The notes: a model not told the origin generated them from the letters alone. DNA of 64,000 nucleotides from Verrucomicrobiota bacterium (GCA_004321905.1 SCQF01000012.1:5411-69410); one strand, 5' to 3'; shown: positions 24,121-34,573, counted from the first letter of the stretch. Made by a program: numbers and translations.

Positions 24121-25095
24121 TCAGCCCTGCGGTGCTGCGGGCTGTTCTTCCACCGCTTTTGCTTCCGCGGGTTTTTCTTCGGCCTTCACTTCGGCTTTGG
24201 CGGCTTTTTTGACGGGCTTCTTCTCGCCAACTTCTTTTTCCTTGGTGGCCTTGACGGCTTCCTTGGCGGCGTCGGCCTTGGCTTTACGCGCGGCCGCCTG
24301 CTTGGCCTTGCGCTCTTCGTCTTCGGCCTTCGCCTTGGCATCGGCCGCGGCACGCTTGCGGTGCTCTTCGGCGGCGATGCGGCTATACTCGGCTTGCGCC
24401 TGCTCGATCACTTGACCGACCACGTCGAGCGATAGTTGGATCGCGCGGATGCTGTCGTCGTTGCCGGGGATGGGATAGTCAATCGGATCCGGATCGCAGT
24501 TCGTGTCCACGACCGCCACCACCGGAATTTTCAGGCGATTGGCTTCGTTGACCGCATTGGATTCGCACCCCACGTCCATGATGAACACAGCGCCGGGCAG
24601 TTTTTCCATGTCGGCGATGCCGGTGAGGTTGTACTTCATTTTTTCCAACTCATGGCGAATCTTGGAAATTTCTTTTTTCGGCAGGTCGTTGATGGAGCCA
24701 TCGGCCTCCATCTTGAGCAGCATACGCATCCGTGCGACGCTCTTGCGGATGGTCTGGTTGTTCGTCAGCGTGCCGCCGAGCCAGCGTGTGGTGACATAGG
24801 GCATCTTGACGCGCTCGGCCAGCGTCTTGATCGGGTCTTGCGCCGGGCGTTTGGTGCCGACCAACAACACTTGCCGGCCACGCGCCACGGTTTCGTAGAT
24901 GAACTGCAGCGCCGTGCGCATGCATTCGAGGGTTTTTTCGAGGTCCACGATATAAATCCCATTGCGCGCGCCGAAAATATAGCGCTTCATCTTGGGATTC
25001 CACCGCTTGGTCTGGTGACCAAAATGCAGCCCCGCGTCGAGCAGATCCTGCACATTCACTGTCAGACGGGCTTGACCCGCCGGGCTACTGGCCAT
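24121..25095 (-). CDS. rpsB: 30S ribosomal protein S2 with a Lys/Ala/Glu-rich C-terminal extension
   Basis: The S2 signature is present ([19 protein letters not shown]). A GGAGGA Shine-Dalgarno lies 6 nt upstream of the ATG at 25095. The next two upstream Mets directly abut the SD or lie upstream of it, so 25095 is chosen as start. Confidence 0.9.
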   Translation of the reverse strand: MASSPAGQARLTVNVQDLLDAGLHFGHQTKRWNPKMKRYIFGARNGIYIVDLEKTLECMRTALQFIYETVARGRQVLLVGTKRPAQDPIKTLAERVKMPYVTTRWLGGTLTNNQTIRKSVARMRMLLKMEADGSINDLPKKEISKIRHELEKMKYNLTGIADMEKLPGAVFIMDVGCESNAVNEANRLKIPVVAVVDTNCDPDPIDYPIPGNDDSIRAIQLSLDVVGQVIEQAQAEYSRIAAEEHRKRAAADAKAKAEDEERKAKQAAARKAKADAAKEAVKATKEKEVGEKKPVKKAAKAEVKAEEKPAEAKAVEEQPAAPQG

Positions 25096-25569
25096 GTTCA
25101 TTCCTCCGTTATTCGAGCTCCGCACCATGCGTGGCTCAATCCGCTTTGGCGATCCCGGGAGGCCGGGCCGCGCTCGCTTCCGCTCTTCATCTGAAGAACT
25201 GGGCGCGGACTATACCAGCGCATCTCCGCCGCGCAAGCTATTTTGCTTTCATAACTTTCTCGTGAACATCCGCCGACAAATCAACGAATTTCTCATCTCT
25301 TCGTAATCTGCGCTGAACATAGACGGCTTAAATTTGTGTCCAAATCTTTACCTGAAAATGAGGTAAAAGAAAAATGGGGTGGCTGATGGACTCAAAGGCC
25401 CCCGACCGATTGTGGTTGCGAGATTATAGAAGGCTTTGACGGCCGGCTGGATCAGGCGGCGGAAGCGTTGGCCGCGATGGGTGGAAAGCCAGCCGACGGT
25501 TGAAACGGAAAGCGAACTCACCGCGCATGAACATTCCAACCATGTATTCTTGAACCTGAAATGTGGTGA

Positions 25570-25764
25570 GTCTTATCCCCTTCAGCCTTTCGGCAACGGT
25601 TGACGCGCCTGTGCGAAAAAATTGGCATGAAGAAACCCAAGCCGCCTTATGGGTTACGTCATACCTTGGGGACAGATGAAGGCGCGAGCAATATCAATCA
25701 ATCTGTGCTCGCGCAACTCATGGGACATTCAAGGTTGCAGACCACAGACCGCTGCGAATGTTGA
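25570..25764 (+). pseudogene. C-terminal remnant of a tyrosine recombinase (phage-type integrase)
   Basis: The frame reads AFRQRLTRLCEKIGMKKPKPPYGLRHTLGTDEGASNINQSVLAQLMGHSRLQTTDRCEC*. Box II of tyrosine recombinases is present (LRHT...LMGHS...TT.R), with the catalytic Tyr codon changed to Cys (TGC). There is no upstream N-terminal domain. Confidence 0.45.
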
Positions 25765-25950
25765 CGAAGCCCATAAAAAAGCGATGGCGGCTACTGGAAA
25801 ACGAATTTCCGCGTTGTTGCCAAATCTGTTAAGGCCGAAGTTGTGGAGCCAAAATGAGTCCCAATTTGCCACCGATTTGCCACGGGGAAGTTTTCGTAAG
25901 AACGGGAGGAAATTGGAAGCTCATAAAACCATTGATTCTCTTGTGTTTTC

Positions 25951-26027
25951 TGGTGGGCGATACAGGACTTGAACCTGTGACCTCTTCCATGTCAAGGAAG
26001 CGCTCTAGCCAACTGAGCTAATCGCCC
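25951..26027 (-). tRNA. tRNA-Val (anticodon GAC)
   Basis: The reverse complement reads GGGCGATTAGCTCAGTTGGCTAGAGCGCTTCCTTGACATGGAAGAGGTCACAGGTTCAAGTCCTGTATCGCCCACCA. It has a standard cloverleaf, anticodon loop tTGACat and an encoded CCA. Confidence 0.8.
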
Positions 26028-26087
26028 TTGCGGTTACGACCGTGACGGCGCAAACTCTTGCCACATTGACTTGGAGATGTCAATCGC

Positions 26088-28529
26088 ATGTCCACGACAC
26101 CCGATACCATCGTTCTGTTGCCGGAGGATGAACTGCCCTTGTTGCCGCCGCGCACGCCACTCCGCCGTCCCGTGGCCGGACTGGCATTGGCGTTCTGTCT
26201 GGGCATCGGCTTGGGTTTGGAAATCCCTGGTACGCCACTGATTGTGCTGGCCACAGGTGGAGCTTTTGCGTTACTGGCGCTGCTATGGCGGCAACGTGGC
26301 ATAGCCGATTTTCTACTGGCGGCCAGCCTCGCCTGCGCCGGCTGGGCACAGGCCACGCTGGTGGCACACAATCCTTCGGCGCGCGAAATCACGGCGTTAT
26401 TAGCGCGGCCCGCGGAATATGTTGCCGTGCTCGGCGAAATACGCGACGCACCGACCGGGCAGCGCGACGACCGCACCGGCGAAATGATCTGGACGTTTCC
26501 CGTACGGCTCGAAGGACTGCGCCGCATCACTCATTGGCAACGGGCGGCAGGCGAGATTGAAGGCCGGATACGCGTGGCCGGCAGCGTCACGCCGCCACAA
26601 TTCGGCGAGCGGTGGCTCCTCACCGGCCTGCTGGGTCCCTATCAGCGATGGCGCGCGGGCGGCGAGACACCGGCGGGCTATCGGTTGGCGGCGGATTTTG
26701 TCGCATCACGGCGGCTGGCAGAAGCACACGCTTCGCTTTATGGCTTGTGTTTGGAGACACGCGCGGCCTGCGCCGATCTTTTGGGACGCGGTTTGGAAAA
26801 ATTCCCCGAACAAACCGGGCTGCTCCGCGCCATGATGCTGGGCACACGCGAGGACATAGGCGACGCGCTCTTCCGCGATTTCTCTGTAACGGGCACACTG
26901 CACATCATTGCCGTCAGCGGCACGCATGTGGCCGTGATCGCGCTACTGTTGCTGGCCATACTCCGCACAGCGGGATTAACACAGCCGTATTGGTTCTTTG
27001 GCCTCGCACCACTGCTGACATTCTACACACTGATGACGGGGCTGGCACCCAGCGCGATCCGCGCCTGCATCATGGCGCTGCTGTTTTGGATTGGACCCTT
27101 GCTCCAGCGGCGGCCGGATGGCCTGCTGGCGCTGGCATGGTCGGCGATCTTGATCCTTGCGTGGGATCCGACGCAATGGCTGGATATGGGTTTCATCTTG
27201 TCCTACACGGCCGTGTTGGGGCTGTTACTATTTTATCCACCGCTGGCTGCTTGCGTGCGGCGCGGGCTAAGCGCCGATCCGTGGCAATTACAGGCTGAAG
27301 CGCGGTCGCGTCGTTGGGCGCGGGCCACCGCGCGCTACGTGATTTTGCTGGCGGCTACTTCGTTGGCTGCGTGCCTGGCCACCACACCCATCACCGCACG
27401 CTATTTCAATCTGATCTCGCCGGTCGCACTGCTCGCCAACTTGGCGGTGGTGCCGGCGGCAGGTCTAATGATGGTGCTTGGTTGCCTGACGCTGGTCGGT
27501 GGTGCGCTATGGCTCCCGCTCGCCGGGATATTCAACAGCGCCAACCTGCTCGTCATCACCTTCATCACGCGTTGCACCGAGTGGAGCGCGGTATTGCCCG
27601 GCGGACATTTTTTCGTGCGGTCCCCTGGCTGGCCGGTGATTGCCGTCTATTACGCGCTGCTGGCAGCGGCCCTGCTTGGTGGGCCACGAACACGACGCGG
27701 CCTGGTCGTGGGACTGGTCTTCCTGTTTGGCAGCTTCGTGTGGCACGCCGCCACCGACCGCAATTTGGCCATCCACCTCTGGCGTCTGGGCGACGCCACC
27801 GTGGCGCTGGTGGATGCCCCCGGCGGCGACAAGTTGTTGGTGAACACCGGACCGCGCATTCTCGCGCGTGACTTGCTGCGGCGCATTCATGCGGAAGGCG
27901 TCGGCCAACTGCGCGCATTGGTACTGACCCGCGGCACCACGGCCCAAGCCGGCGGAGCCTGCGAACTGCTACGCCAAGTTCCCACCCGCGAACTTTGGTT
28001 GACGTCTGGTTCCGCGCCACCCGAGACGCAATTATGCGCGCAGCGACAAAACGTTACCGAACGTCATTTGGAAGCCGGCCAACTTTTTCCACTGGCGGGT
28101 GGCGCAGAGTTGGAAGTGTTCCATCCGGCCCATGGGTTGCGGACGCGGCGGGTCGAAGATCGGGCGCTTATTTTCCGCATCGCGCGCGGGCCGCTGGCCG
28201 TGTTATTTCTGAATGATGCCGGCGGGGGAGCGCTGGCGCAACTTGGGGCGCGGCCCGCGGAACCCGCGGCATCGTTTGTGCTGGCGGAAAAGATCGAAGC
28301 ACTGCCACCCGCGTCGTGGGCGCGTTTAGCCACGCGTGCAGTCATCACACCCGCTTCCGAACATCGGGAAACCCAGGAAGCCCAAGCCACCCTGGAGCAC
28401 AGCGGTCTACGTCTCTGGCGCATGGCCGAGGGCACCGCGCTGCATATCCGCTGGCCGGATGACCGGTATCGGGCACGCAAAACACCGATCACTCTTGACC
28501 CTTCGCCAACGACTCCGACAACGTTTTGA
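26088..28529 (+). CDS. comEC: DNA internalization-related competence protein ComEC/Rec2
   Basis: The N-terminal DUF4131-like TM region, the competence domain (GTLHIIAVSGTHVAVIALLL...) and a C-terminal metallo-beta-lactamase-like region are present. Confidence 0.8.
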   Translation: MSTTPDTIVLLPEDELPLLPPRTPLRRPVAGLALAFCLGIGLGLEIPGTPLIVLATGGAFALLALLWRQRGIADFLLAASLACAGWAQATLVAHNPSAREITALLARPAEYVAVLGEIRDAPTGQRDDRTGEMIWTFPVRLEGLRRITHWQRAAGEIEGRIRVAGSVTPPQFGERWLLTGLLGPYQRWRAGGETPAGYRLAADFVASRRLAEAHASLYGLCLETRAACADLLGRGLEKFPEQTGLLRAMMLGTREDIGDALFRDFSVTGTLHIIAVSGTHVAVIALLLLAILRTAGLTQPYWFFGLAPLLTFYTLMTGLAPSAIRACIMALLFWIGPLLQRRPDGLLALAWSAILILAWDPTQWLDMGFILSYTAVLGLLLFYPPLAACVRRGLSADPWQLQAEARSRRWARATARYVILLAATSLAACLATTPITARYFNLISPVALLANLAVVPAAGLMMVLGCLTLVGGALWLPLAGIFNSANLLVITFITRCTEWSAVLPGGHFFVRSPGWPVIAVYYALLAAALLGGPRTRRGLVVGLVFLFGSFVWHAATDRNLAIHLWRLGDATVALVDAPGGDKLLVNTGPRILARDLLRRIHAEGVGQLRALVLTRGTTAQAGGACELLRQVPTRELWLTSGSAPPETQLCAQRQNVTERHLEAGQLFPLAGGAELEVFHPAHGLRTRRVEDRALIFRIARGPLAVLFLNDAGGGALAQLGARPAEPAASFVLAEKIEALPPASWARLATRAVITPASEHRETQEAQATLEHSGLRLWRMAEGTALHIRWPDDRYRARKTPITLDPSPTTPTTF

Positions 28530-29583
28530 AGCGCGGCTCTTTGCGCAATAGATCGAATTCTGGACGCGCCAGCCAACCCAACGCCTTGCGTGAATCCACC
28601 AACTTGATCGCGTGCTCCAACACATCGAGCGCTTGCGAACGTTTTTCCTCGATATGCGACAGCACTTGCGACAGCCGGAATTGAATCACCGAGGATTGCG
28701 GTGTGGCCTCGCCCAGCTCGCTCAACACGACCGCCGCTTTTTCCCAATTTGCCAGCTTGATGAGCATCATCGCGTAACTCTCCGTCGCCGAGACATCTTC
28801 GGGGCGCATACGCGTATAGTTGCCGAGATATTCCGCCGCCTTGGGCAAATCGCCGTTCCGCTGCCGGATCATCGCCAGATTGAAATAGGCCAACGCGTAG
28901 TTGGTGTCCATCCCGACGGCGGCCAGCAGACACGCCTCGGCCTTGGCCATGTTGGTCAAACCAAGATAAGCGATACCGAGGTTGTTGACCACGCCGAAGG
29001 ACGGCGGCTCCGCCTGCAACGACTGCTCGAACGCCTGCGCCGCGGCGGCATAATTCTGTTGCTGGAGATAGATCAAGCCTTGCAGCCGCGTAACACCTTT
29101 CATGCCTGGAAAAATTCGCTGGGCTTTGTCGAGTTCCTCCAACGCGACCGCATAACCGCCACTCTGCGCGGCCTTTTCGCCTTCGAGCAAGTGATAGACC
29201 GCCTGTTTCACCCAATCCACCGTCAACTCCGCCGGCTTGTCCGGCAGTGGTGTAGGCCGGATGTACTTCAAAGGATCAATCAGGTAGAGCGGTAAGGTCT
29301 CCTCGACCGGCGTATTGGCGGTGCGCGCGGTTTCCGTCACAACCCGTTCCTCTGGATGATAGAGGCCCTTTTTGTTGCGGCTCGTCCAATAATAAATCAT
29401 GCCGATCACGAGCACCACCGCCAGAACGGTCACCAGCAAGAGCGCGATGGCTTGCCGCCGCTGACGCAGCAACAATTCCCGCACAAAGAGATCCATTTGC
29501 GAAGGACCACCTGGGGCCGCCGCCGGCTCGACGGGCTTGGCCGGAACTCCGCTACCATAAATGTTGCCGCGCTGCTCATTCAT
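28489..29583 (-). CDS. TPR-repeat membrane-anchored protein
   Basis: A single TM helix (AIALLLVTVLAVVLVIGMIYYW) is followed by 6 or more TPR motifs (AYLGLTNMAKAEACLLAAVGMDTNYALAYFNLAMI...). The start is taken at the internal Met 29583. Confidence 0.7.
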   Translation of the reverse strand: MNEQRGNIYGSGVPAKPVEPAAAPGGPSQMDLFVRELLLRQRRQAIALLLVTVLAVVLVIGMIYYWTSRNKKGLYHPEERVVTETARTANTPVEETLPLYLIDPLKYIRPTPLPDKPAELTVDWVKQAVYHLLEGEKAAQSGGYAVALEELDKAQRIFPGMKGVTRLQGLIYLQQQNYAAAAQAFEQSLQAEPPSFGVVNNLGIAYLGLTNMAKAEACLLAAVGMDTNYALAYFNLAMIRQRNGDLPKAAEYLGNYTRMRPEDVSATESYAMMLIKLANWEKAAVVLSELGEATPQSSVIQFRLSQVLSHIEEKRSQALDVLEHAIKLVDSRKALGWLARPEFDLLRKEPRFKTLSESLAKGQE

Positions 29584-29633
29584 GCTTGGAAAATAGCAGG
29601 ATTGGAGATTTGCAGTCAACGCCGGGGTATACC

Positions 29634-29684
29634 TTTTCCAAACCTTGGAAAAGCGCCGCCGCTATTTTTCCAGGGCTTGGAAAA
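29634..29684. repeat. Paired palindromic units (ttttccaaaccttggaaaa, 12 bp, tttttccagggcttggaaaa), centres in the reverse order (ACC then GGC)
   Basis: Located between the TPR gene start (29583) and the aminotransferase stop (29685). An extra half-site gcttggaaaa sits at 29584-29593, abutting the TPR ATG. Confidence 0.8.
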
Positions 29685-30881
29685 TCAGGCGCGCAGCGCC
29701 GCGGCCAGCGCCGCGCACAAATAGTCGAAGTTCGCCGGCGTGATGCCCGCGACGTTGATGCGCCCACCGGCAACGATGTAAATGCTCCGCTCGACGCGCA
29801 GCCACGCAACTTGCGCGTCGCTTAGCCCGCTGAACGAGAACATCCCCTTCTGGCGGGCGATGAAATCGAAGTTGCCGGGCGCGCCGTGCGCCTGCAAACC
29901 CGCAACGAACTTGTGCCGCACACCGCTGATGTGGTGCCGCATGGCATCCAGCTCGCCGAGCCACTGCCGCTTTAGTTCCGGCGTCGTCAAAATATGGCTG
30001 ACGATCAGACTGCCGTGCGCCGGTGGATTCGAGTAATTGACACGGATCACGCTTTCGATGTTGCTGAAGGTCGCACCGGCGGCGTGGGCATCGGCAGCCA
30101 GCAAGGTCAGCGCGCCGGTGCGGTCTTGATAGAGGCCGAAATTTTTGGAGAAGCTGCTGGCGATGAGCAATTCCGGGCATTGCGCCGCCAACGCGAGCAC
30201 ACTGGCGCGGTCGGGTTCAAGACCATCGCCATAACCTTGATAGGCGAAATCCACGAACGGCAGCCAGCGGCGCGCGGCGGCAATGGCGGCGACCTCTGCC
30301 CACTGCGCCGGCGTCAAATCCACGCCGGTCGGATTGTGGCAGCAGGCGTGCAGCAAAACCACGTCGCCGGCCGGAATTTGTCGCAGCGCGGCGAGAAACG
30401 CGGCGTGATCGAGTTCCTTGGTCGCCGGGTTGTAGTAGGGATATTCCTTGACCGTGAAGCCGGCGGCAGTAAACACGCCGCGGTGGTTGGTCCACGTCGG
30501 TTTGCTCAACCAGACGGACGCCTGCGGAAAAAATTTGCGCAGAAAATCCGCGCCGACGCGCAACGCCGCGGTGCCGCCGGGCGTGTGCGCCGTCCGCGCG
30601 CGCTGATCGCGGAGCGCGGGATGCTCTGCGCCAAAAACCAGCTCCTGCACCAACCTGCGGTAGGTCGGATCGCCGGCAATCGGCATATAGGATTTGGTTT
30701 GGGCGGCGGCCAGAATCGCGGCTTCGGCGGCTTTGACGCTGGCCAAAATCGGCGTCCGGCCGGTCTCATCCACGAAAACACCGGCACCAAGATTGACCTT
30801 CCGCGGATTGGCGTCGAGCTTGAAGGCCTCGGTCAGACCGAGAATGGCATCCGGTGGCGCAGCGGTAATGGCTTCGAACAT
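29685..30881 (-). CDS. Aspartate/aromatic amino acid aminotransferase (class I, AspC/TyrB family)
   Basis: The PLP-lysine region (SFSKNFGLYQDRTGAL), the N-terminus MFEAITAAPPDAILGLTEAFKLDANPRKVNLGAGV and the conserved Arg near the C-terminus are present. Confidence 0.85.
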   Translation of the reverse strand: MFEAITAAPPDAILGLTEAFKLDANPRKVNLGAGVFVDETGRTPILASVKAAEAAILAAAQTKSYMPIAGDPTYRRLVQELVFGAEHPALRDQRARTAHTPGGTAALRVGADFLRKFFPQASVWLSKPTWTNHRGVFTAAGFTVKEYPYYNPATKELDHAAFLAALRQIPAGDVVLLHACCHNPTGVDLTPAQWAEVAAIAAARRWLPFVDFAYQGYGDGLEPDRASVLALAAQCPELLIASSFSKNFGLYQDRTGALTLLAADAHAAGATFSNIESVIRVNYSNPPAHGSLIVSHILTTPELKRQWLGELDAMRHHISGVRHKFVAGLQAHGAPGNFDFIARQKGMFSFSGLSDAQVAWLRVERSIYIVAGGRINVAGITPANFDYLCAALAAALRA

Positions 30882-30918
30882 AGGGCCCTCGTGAATGTGG
30901 CGATGACCGCGCAGCGGC

Positions 30919-32082
30919 TCAACCAAAGTATTTTTTGACCCACGGCGTAATCAGGTCTTCCTCGACTTTGACGATCTTCAATTCGCGCGCGGCATTTTCC
31001 GGCGAATCGGAGGCGTGCGCGGCGTTGACCATCACGTCGCGTCCGAATTCGCGGCGCACGCTGCCGGGTTGCGCCTTGCTGGGATCGGTGGGGCCTAGAA
31101 TACTGCGAATTTTTTCGACGGCCTGGGGGCCGGCATAAATCAGCGCGAGGCAACGCTCGTTACCGGGCTTCTGCTTCTCCGCCGCCGTACAATGGTTCGG
31201 CATCTGGCCGGTCATAAACTGGATAATTTGGAAAAATTGGTTGTCACCGTAGAGCGGGCCGAACATCTCGCCCAAGGTTGCTTTGGTTTCCGCCGAAATT
31301 TCAAACCCGAGCTCGGCGGCCAGCGCCTTGGCGGCTTTTTCCGCCACGACGCCTTTGAGCTTCTCGCGCAACACCTGCTGCACCGGCCCATAAAACTGCT
31401 CGGCCTCGGCCACGCTCATGCGATGCACTTTCGCGGCCACGATGCGCAGGCCGGACCCGGAGAACAGGTCAATGATGTTGCCGGGCCGCGAACTGGGGAA
31501 ACGAAAGTTGTCGGGCTTGATCAACACGAGCGTCTTTTGAATATGATTTTCGCGCGGCACGTCCGCCGCTTCTTCGACCACACCGCCATCGGTGGGCGAG
31601 AACTCGGCCCACAGTTTCAGCGCCGCCTTGACCGACGCCACGCTGGCGCCGATCAACACCGCCGGCTCGAAATAACGCACCTTGCCATGTTCATCGAGGA
31701 CATAGTCGCCGTAGGTGTCGCGCACGGTTTCCGCCGCATCCAAACCGGTGCCGATATGCCCGGTGGCCTTGATGATTTTCTGCACGGCGTCCTCGCCCTC
31801 GAAAAGCAGCATCAACACGCGACGCCGGCGGCCCGAGCGCGCGTCCGGCAGGTAAGCGCCGAGCACGTAATCGCTCAAGAGTTGCCGCTCGACGGCATCG
31901 AGGTCCGCATCGTTGCGGATACACGCGGCATATTTTTCCACCAGCTCGCGGCTCGGCCCAAACATCCGCGCCGCCACGAGGTCCAGCCCCGTGCGACTCA
32001 TCAAACGGCCAATCGCCCCGCCCGTACGCGATTTGGCAATCGTGTACGGATTGATCAACGCAAAAGCTAACTCTTTGGACAT
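30919..32082 (-). CDS. Tandem nucleoside-diphosphate-kinase-like domain protein
   Basis: There are two NDK-fold units. The second carries the NDK catalytic His motif (NAAHASDSPENAARELKIV) and KTLVLIKPDN; the first is degenerate. The start is the internal Met 32082 (MSKELAFALINPY). Confidence 0.55.
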   Translation of the reverse strand: MSKELAFALINPYTIAKSRTGGAIGRLMSRTGLDLVAARMFGPSRELVEKYAACIRNDADLDAVERQLLSDYVLGAYLPDARSGRRRRVLMLLFEGEDAVQKIIKATGHIGTGLDAAETVRDTYGDYVLDEHGKVRYFEPAVLIGASVASVKAALKLWAEFSPTDGGVVEEAADVPRENHIQKTLVLIKPDNFRFPSSRPGNIIDLFSGSGLRIVAAKVHRMSVAEAEQFYGPVQQVLREKLKGVVAEKAAKALAAELGFEISAETKATLGEMFGPLYGDNQFFQIIQFMTGQMPNHCTAAEKQKPGNERCLALIYAGPQAVEKIRSILGPTDPSKAQPGSVRREFGRDVMVNAAHASDSPENAARELKIVKVEEDLITPWVKKYFG

Positions 32083-32155
32083 GGTTGCTCCTAAATGAAC
32101 CGCAGGGAAAATAGGGTTTGTGCCCACGGGAATCAAGTGGGGAGTTGCGGCGCGA

Positions 32156-32205
32156 TTTCCCAGCCTTGGAAAAAGCGCCTATTCCGTTTTCCAAGGCTTG
32201 AAAAA
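32156..32205. repeat. Paired palindromic units (tttcccagccttggaaaa, 12 bp, ttttccaaggcttgaaaaa)
   Basis: Located between the NDK-like start (32082) and the NUDIX stop (32208). Confidence 0.75.
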
Positions 32206-32207
32206 GT

Positions 32208-32735
32208 TCAGTCCCGCGCGGCGAGATGCAACGCCACGTAGAGCCGCGGATCCACATAGCAACCGCGGACACGCTGCGCCGCCAGCCAGGCATCGGCCTC
32301 CGCGAGCGGCACTTCGTGCACCACGATGTCCTCGCTTTCATCGCCACCACCGGCGTGGATTTTTTTCAAGCCGTAGGCGCGAAAGAAGGTGATGAGCGAT
32401 GACGATAGGCCCGACGACAACGGACTGTGAAAGAGGAATTCCAGCCGCGTGGCGGCGTAGCCGGTTTCTTCGAGCAGTTCACGGCGGGCGGCCACGGCGA
32501 GGTCTTCGTGCTCCGCCCCGGCGAGATCACCCACCAAACCGGCGGGCAACTCGATCACGCGCGCGTCCAACGCACGGCGCAGTTGCTCGACCAACACGAG
32601 CTGGCGGTCGGCGGTGATCGCGATGATGGCCACGATGCCACGAATGCTGTGACGCTCAACATATTCCCAGCCGTCGCGATCCAGCAGGCGCAGATATTTG
32701 CCCTCGCCCAACACACGCCCTTTGGATTTCTTCAT
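32208..32735 (-). CDS. NUDIX hydrolase (ADP-ribose pyrophosphatase-like)
   Basis: The Nudix box is present: GLVGDLAGAEHEDLAVAARRELLEETG. Confidence 0.8.
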   Translation of the reverse strand: MKKSKGRVLGEGKYLRLLDRDGWEYVERHSIRGIVAIIAITADRQLVLVEQLRRALDARVIELPAGLVGDLAGAEHEDLAVAARRELLEETGYAATRLEFLFHSPLSSGLSSSLITFFRAYGLKKIHAGGGDESEDIVVHEVPLAEADAWLAAQRVRGCYVDPRLYVALHLAARD

Positions 32736-32837
32736 GCCGGTGTGATAACCCGCCTGCCGCGCCGTGGCAAGCGTTCTCCGCAGGCTTGCCGGACGCAGAC
32801 CAAAAGACTACAAACACGGCGCGGAAAGGAATGATCC

Positions 32838-33773
32838 ATGAACGTGCCACCCATCGCCTATTTCAAGCCGCTGGAAACGGCGTGGAACAAGATGAAGAAT
32901 TTGCTGTTCCGCCCGTTCGACCTGACGCGTTGGCTCGCGATCGGCTTCACCGCTTGGTTGGCCACGCTGGGCGAGCAAGGCGGTTCTTTCAATTTCCACG
33001 ACGTACATCACCGCCCGGACGTCGGTGCGTTTGTTCACGAACACATGGTGCTCATCATCACCTTGGGCAGCATTGCGGCGGCACTGATTCTGGTCTTGGC
33101 GTTGGTGCTGGTGTGGCTGAGCGCGCGCGGCGAATTTATGTTCCTCGATAATTGCTTGACGGGTGTGGCGCGTGTTGCCGAACCTTGGCAACGCTGGCGG
33201 CGACAGGGTAATTCGCTGTTCATATGGCGGATGGTTTATGGTTGCGTCATCCTAGCCGTGTGCGTCGTGCTGGCGGGACTGTGCGTCGCTCTGGCTTGGC
33301 CGGATATCCGCGCCCGGGTTTGGGGCGGACGGGCCATCGCTGCCGTTGTGGCGGGCGGTCTTTTGTTACTGCTGCTGTCACTGGTGATCGGCTATGTCAG
33401 GATATTTCTGAGTGACTTTGTGGTGGTGTTGATGCGGCGACACGAACTCAAGACCAGCGCGGCCTGGCAAATTTTTCTGCGGTTGTTCCGCACACAACCC
33501 GGTCCGTTTTTGCTCTACGGCCTGCTGCGATTTGCCGTCGGTCTGCTCATTTTCACGGCGGTTTTCCTCGCCGGTTGCTTGACCTGCTGTTGCGGCTTCT
33601 TGATGCTGGCCATTCCGTATGTTGGCACGGTGCTGCTGTTACCACTGCCGGTCTGGCAGCGTTACTGGGGCGTGGAATTTCTGCGCCAGTTCGGTCCGGA
33701 TTACGACGCATGGCGGCTTGATCCACCGGCATTGCCGCCAACCTCCGCAAGACCCACCAGCATCGCGCCATGA
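32838..33773 (+). CDS. Hypothetical polytopic membrane protein
   Basis: About 7 predicted TM helices. The stop overlaps the start of the downstream GT2 gene (ATGA), so the two are probably co-transcribed. Confidence 0.45.
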   Translation: MNVPPIAYFKPLETAWNKMKNLLFRPFDLTRWLAIGFTAWLATLGEQGGSFNFHDVHHRPDVGAFVHEHMVLIITLGSIAAALILVLALVLVWLSARGEFMFLDNCLTGVARVAEPWQRWRRQGNSLFIWRMVYGCVILAVCVVLAGLCVALAWPDIRARVWGGRAIAAVVAGGLLLLLLSLVIGYVRIFLSDFVVVLMRRHELKTSAAWQIFLRLFRTQPGPFLLYGLLRFAVGLLIFTAVFLAGCLTCCCGFLMLAIPYVGTVLLLPLPVWQRYWGVEFLRQFGPDYDAWRLDPPALPPTSARPTSIAP

Positions 33774-34573
33774 AGTTTTCCATCATCACTCCCAACTTCA
33801 ACGGCGCGCGATTTTTGGAAACCGCGCTGACTAGCGTGGCCGCGCAGCGCGGGCCGGACGTCGAGGTGGAGCATTGGATCATGGATGGCAGCAGCACGGA
33901 TGGCTCGCAAGAGATTATTCAGCGCTTTCTCGGACCAGAAACATTTCTTGTGACCGAACCCGACCGCGGGCCGGCCGATGCGATCAACAAGGGGTTGCGG
34001 CGCGCCACCGGCGACATCGTAGCGTGGCTGAACGCCGATGACCGCTATCATGCTCAAGCCCTGCGCCGTGCCGCCGAAATATTTACCGCACAACCCTGCG
34101 CAGCTTTTGTTTTTGGCCACTGCCGGATCGTCAATGAGGGCGATGCGGAAATCCGGCGCGGCATCACCCGTTTCAAGGAGATGTTTTTCCCGTGTTCTTC
34201 TCGTTTCACGTTCCAGTGCATCAACTATGTTTCTCAACCGGCCATGTTTTTCCGTCGTACGGCCATGGCGCGTGCCGGTTTTCTGCGCACCGACCTCAAA
34301 GCCGCTTGGGATTATGAATTCATGTTGCGCTTGTGGCATCACGGTGGCGCGGCCTGCGCACCCGGCGCACCGTTGGCGGATTTCCGCTGGCACCCCGGCT
34401 CTATCAGCGGCCAGACGTTCCGCCGCCAATTCCGCGAGGAATGGGAGGCCGCTGTTGCCGACGCCGGTCGCTACTCGCTGCAAGCGCTTATTCATCTCGG
34501 CGTACGCTTCGGCATCGTCGGCAGTTATAAGCTCATGGCCGCTATTCGGAGCAAAGGAACTGCATGCGCATAG
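33770..34573 (+). CDS. Glycosyltransferase family 2
   Basis: GT-A motifs are present (FSIITPNFNGARFL, WIMDGSSTDGS, WLNADD). It is paralogous to the genes at 46098 and 47430. Confidence 0.8.
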   Translation: MKFSIITPNFNGARFLETALTSVAAQRGPDVEVEHWIMDGSSTDGSQEIIQRFLGPETFLVTEPDRGPADAINKGLRRATGDIVAWLNADDRYHAQALRRAAEIFTAQPCAAFVFGHCRIVNEGDAEIRRGITRFKEMFFPCSSRFTFQCINYVSQPAMFFRRTAMARAGFLRTDLKAAWDYEFMLRLWHHGGAACAPGAPLADFRWHPGSISGQTFRRQFREEWEAAVADAGRYSLQALIHLGVRFGIVGSYKLMAAIRSKGTACA

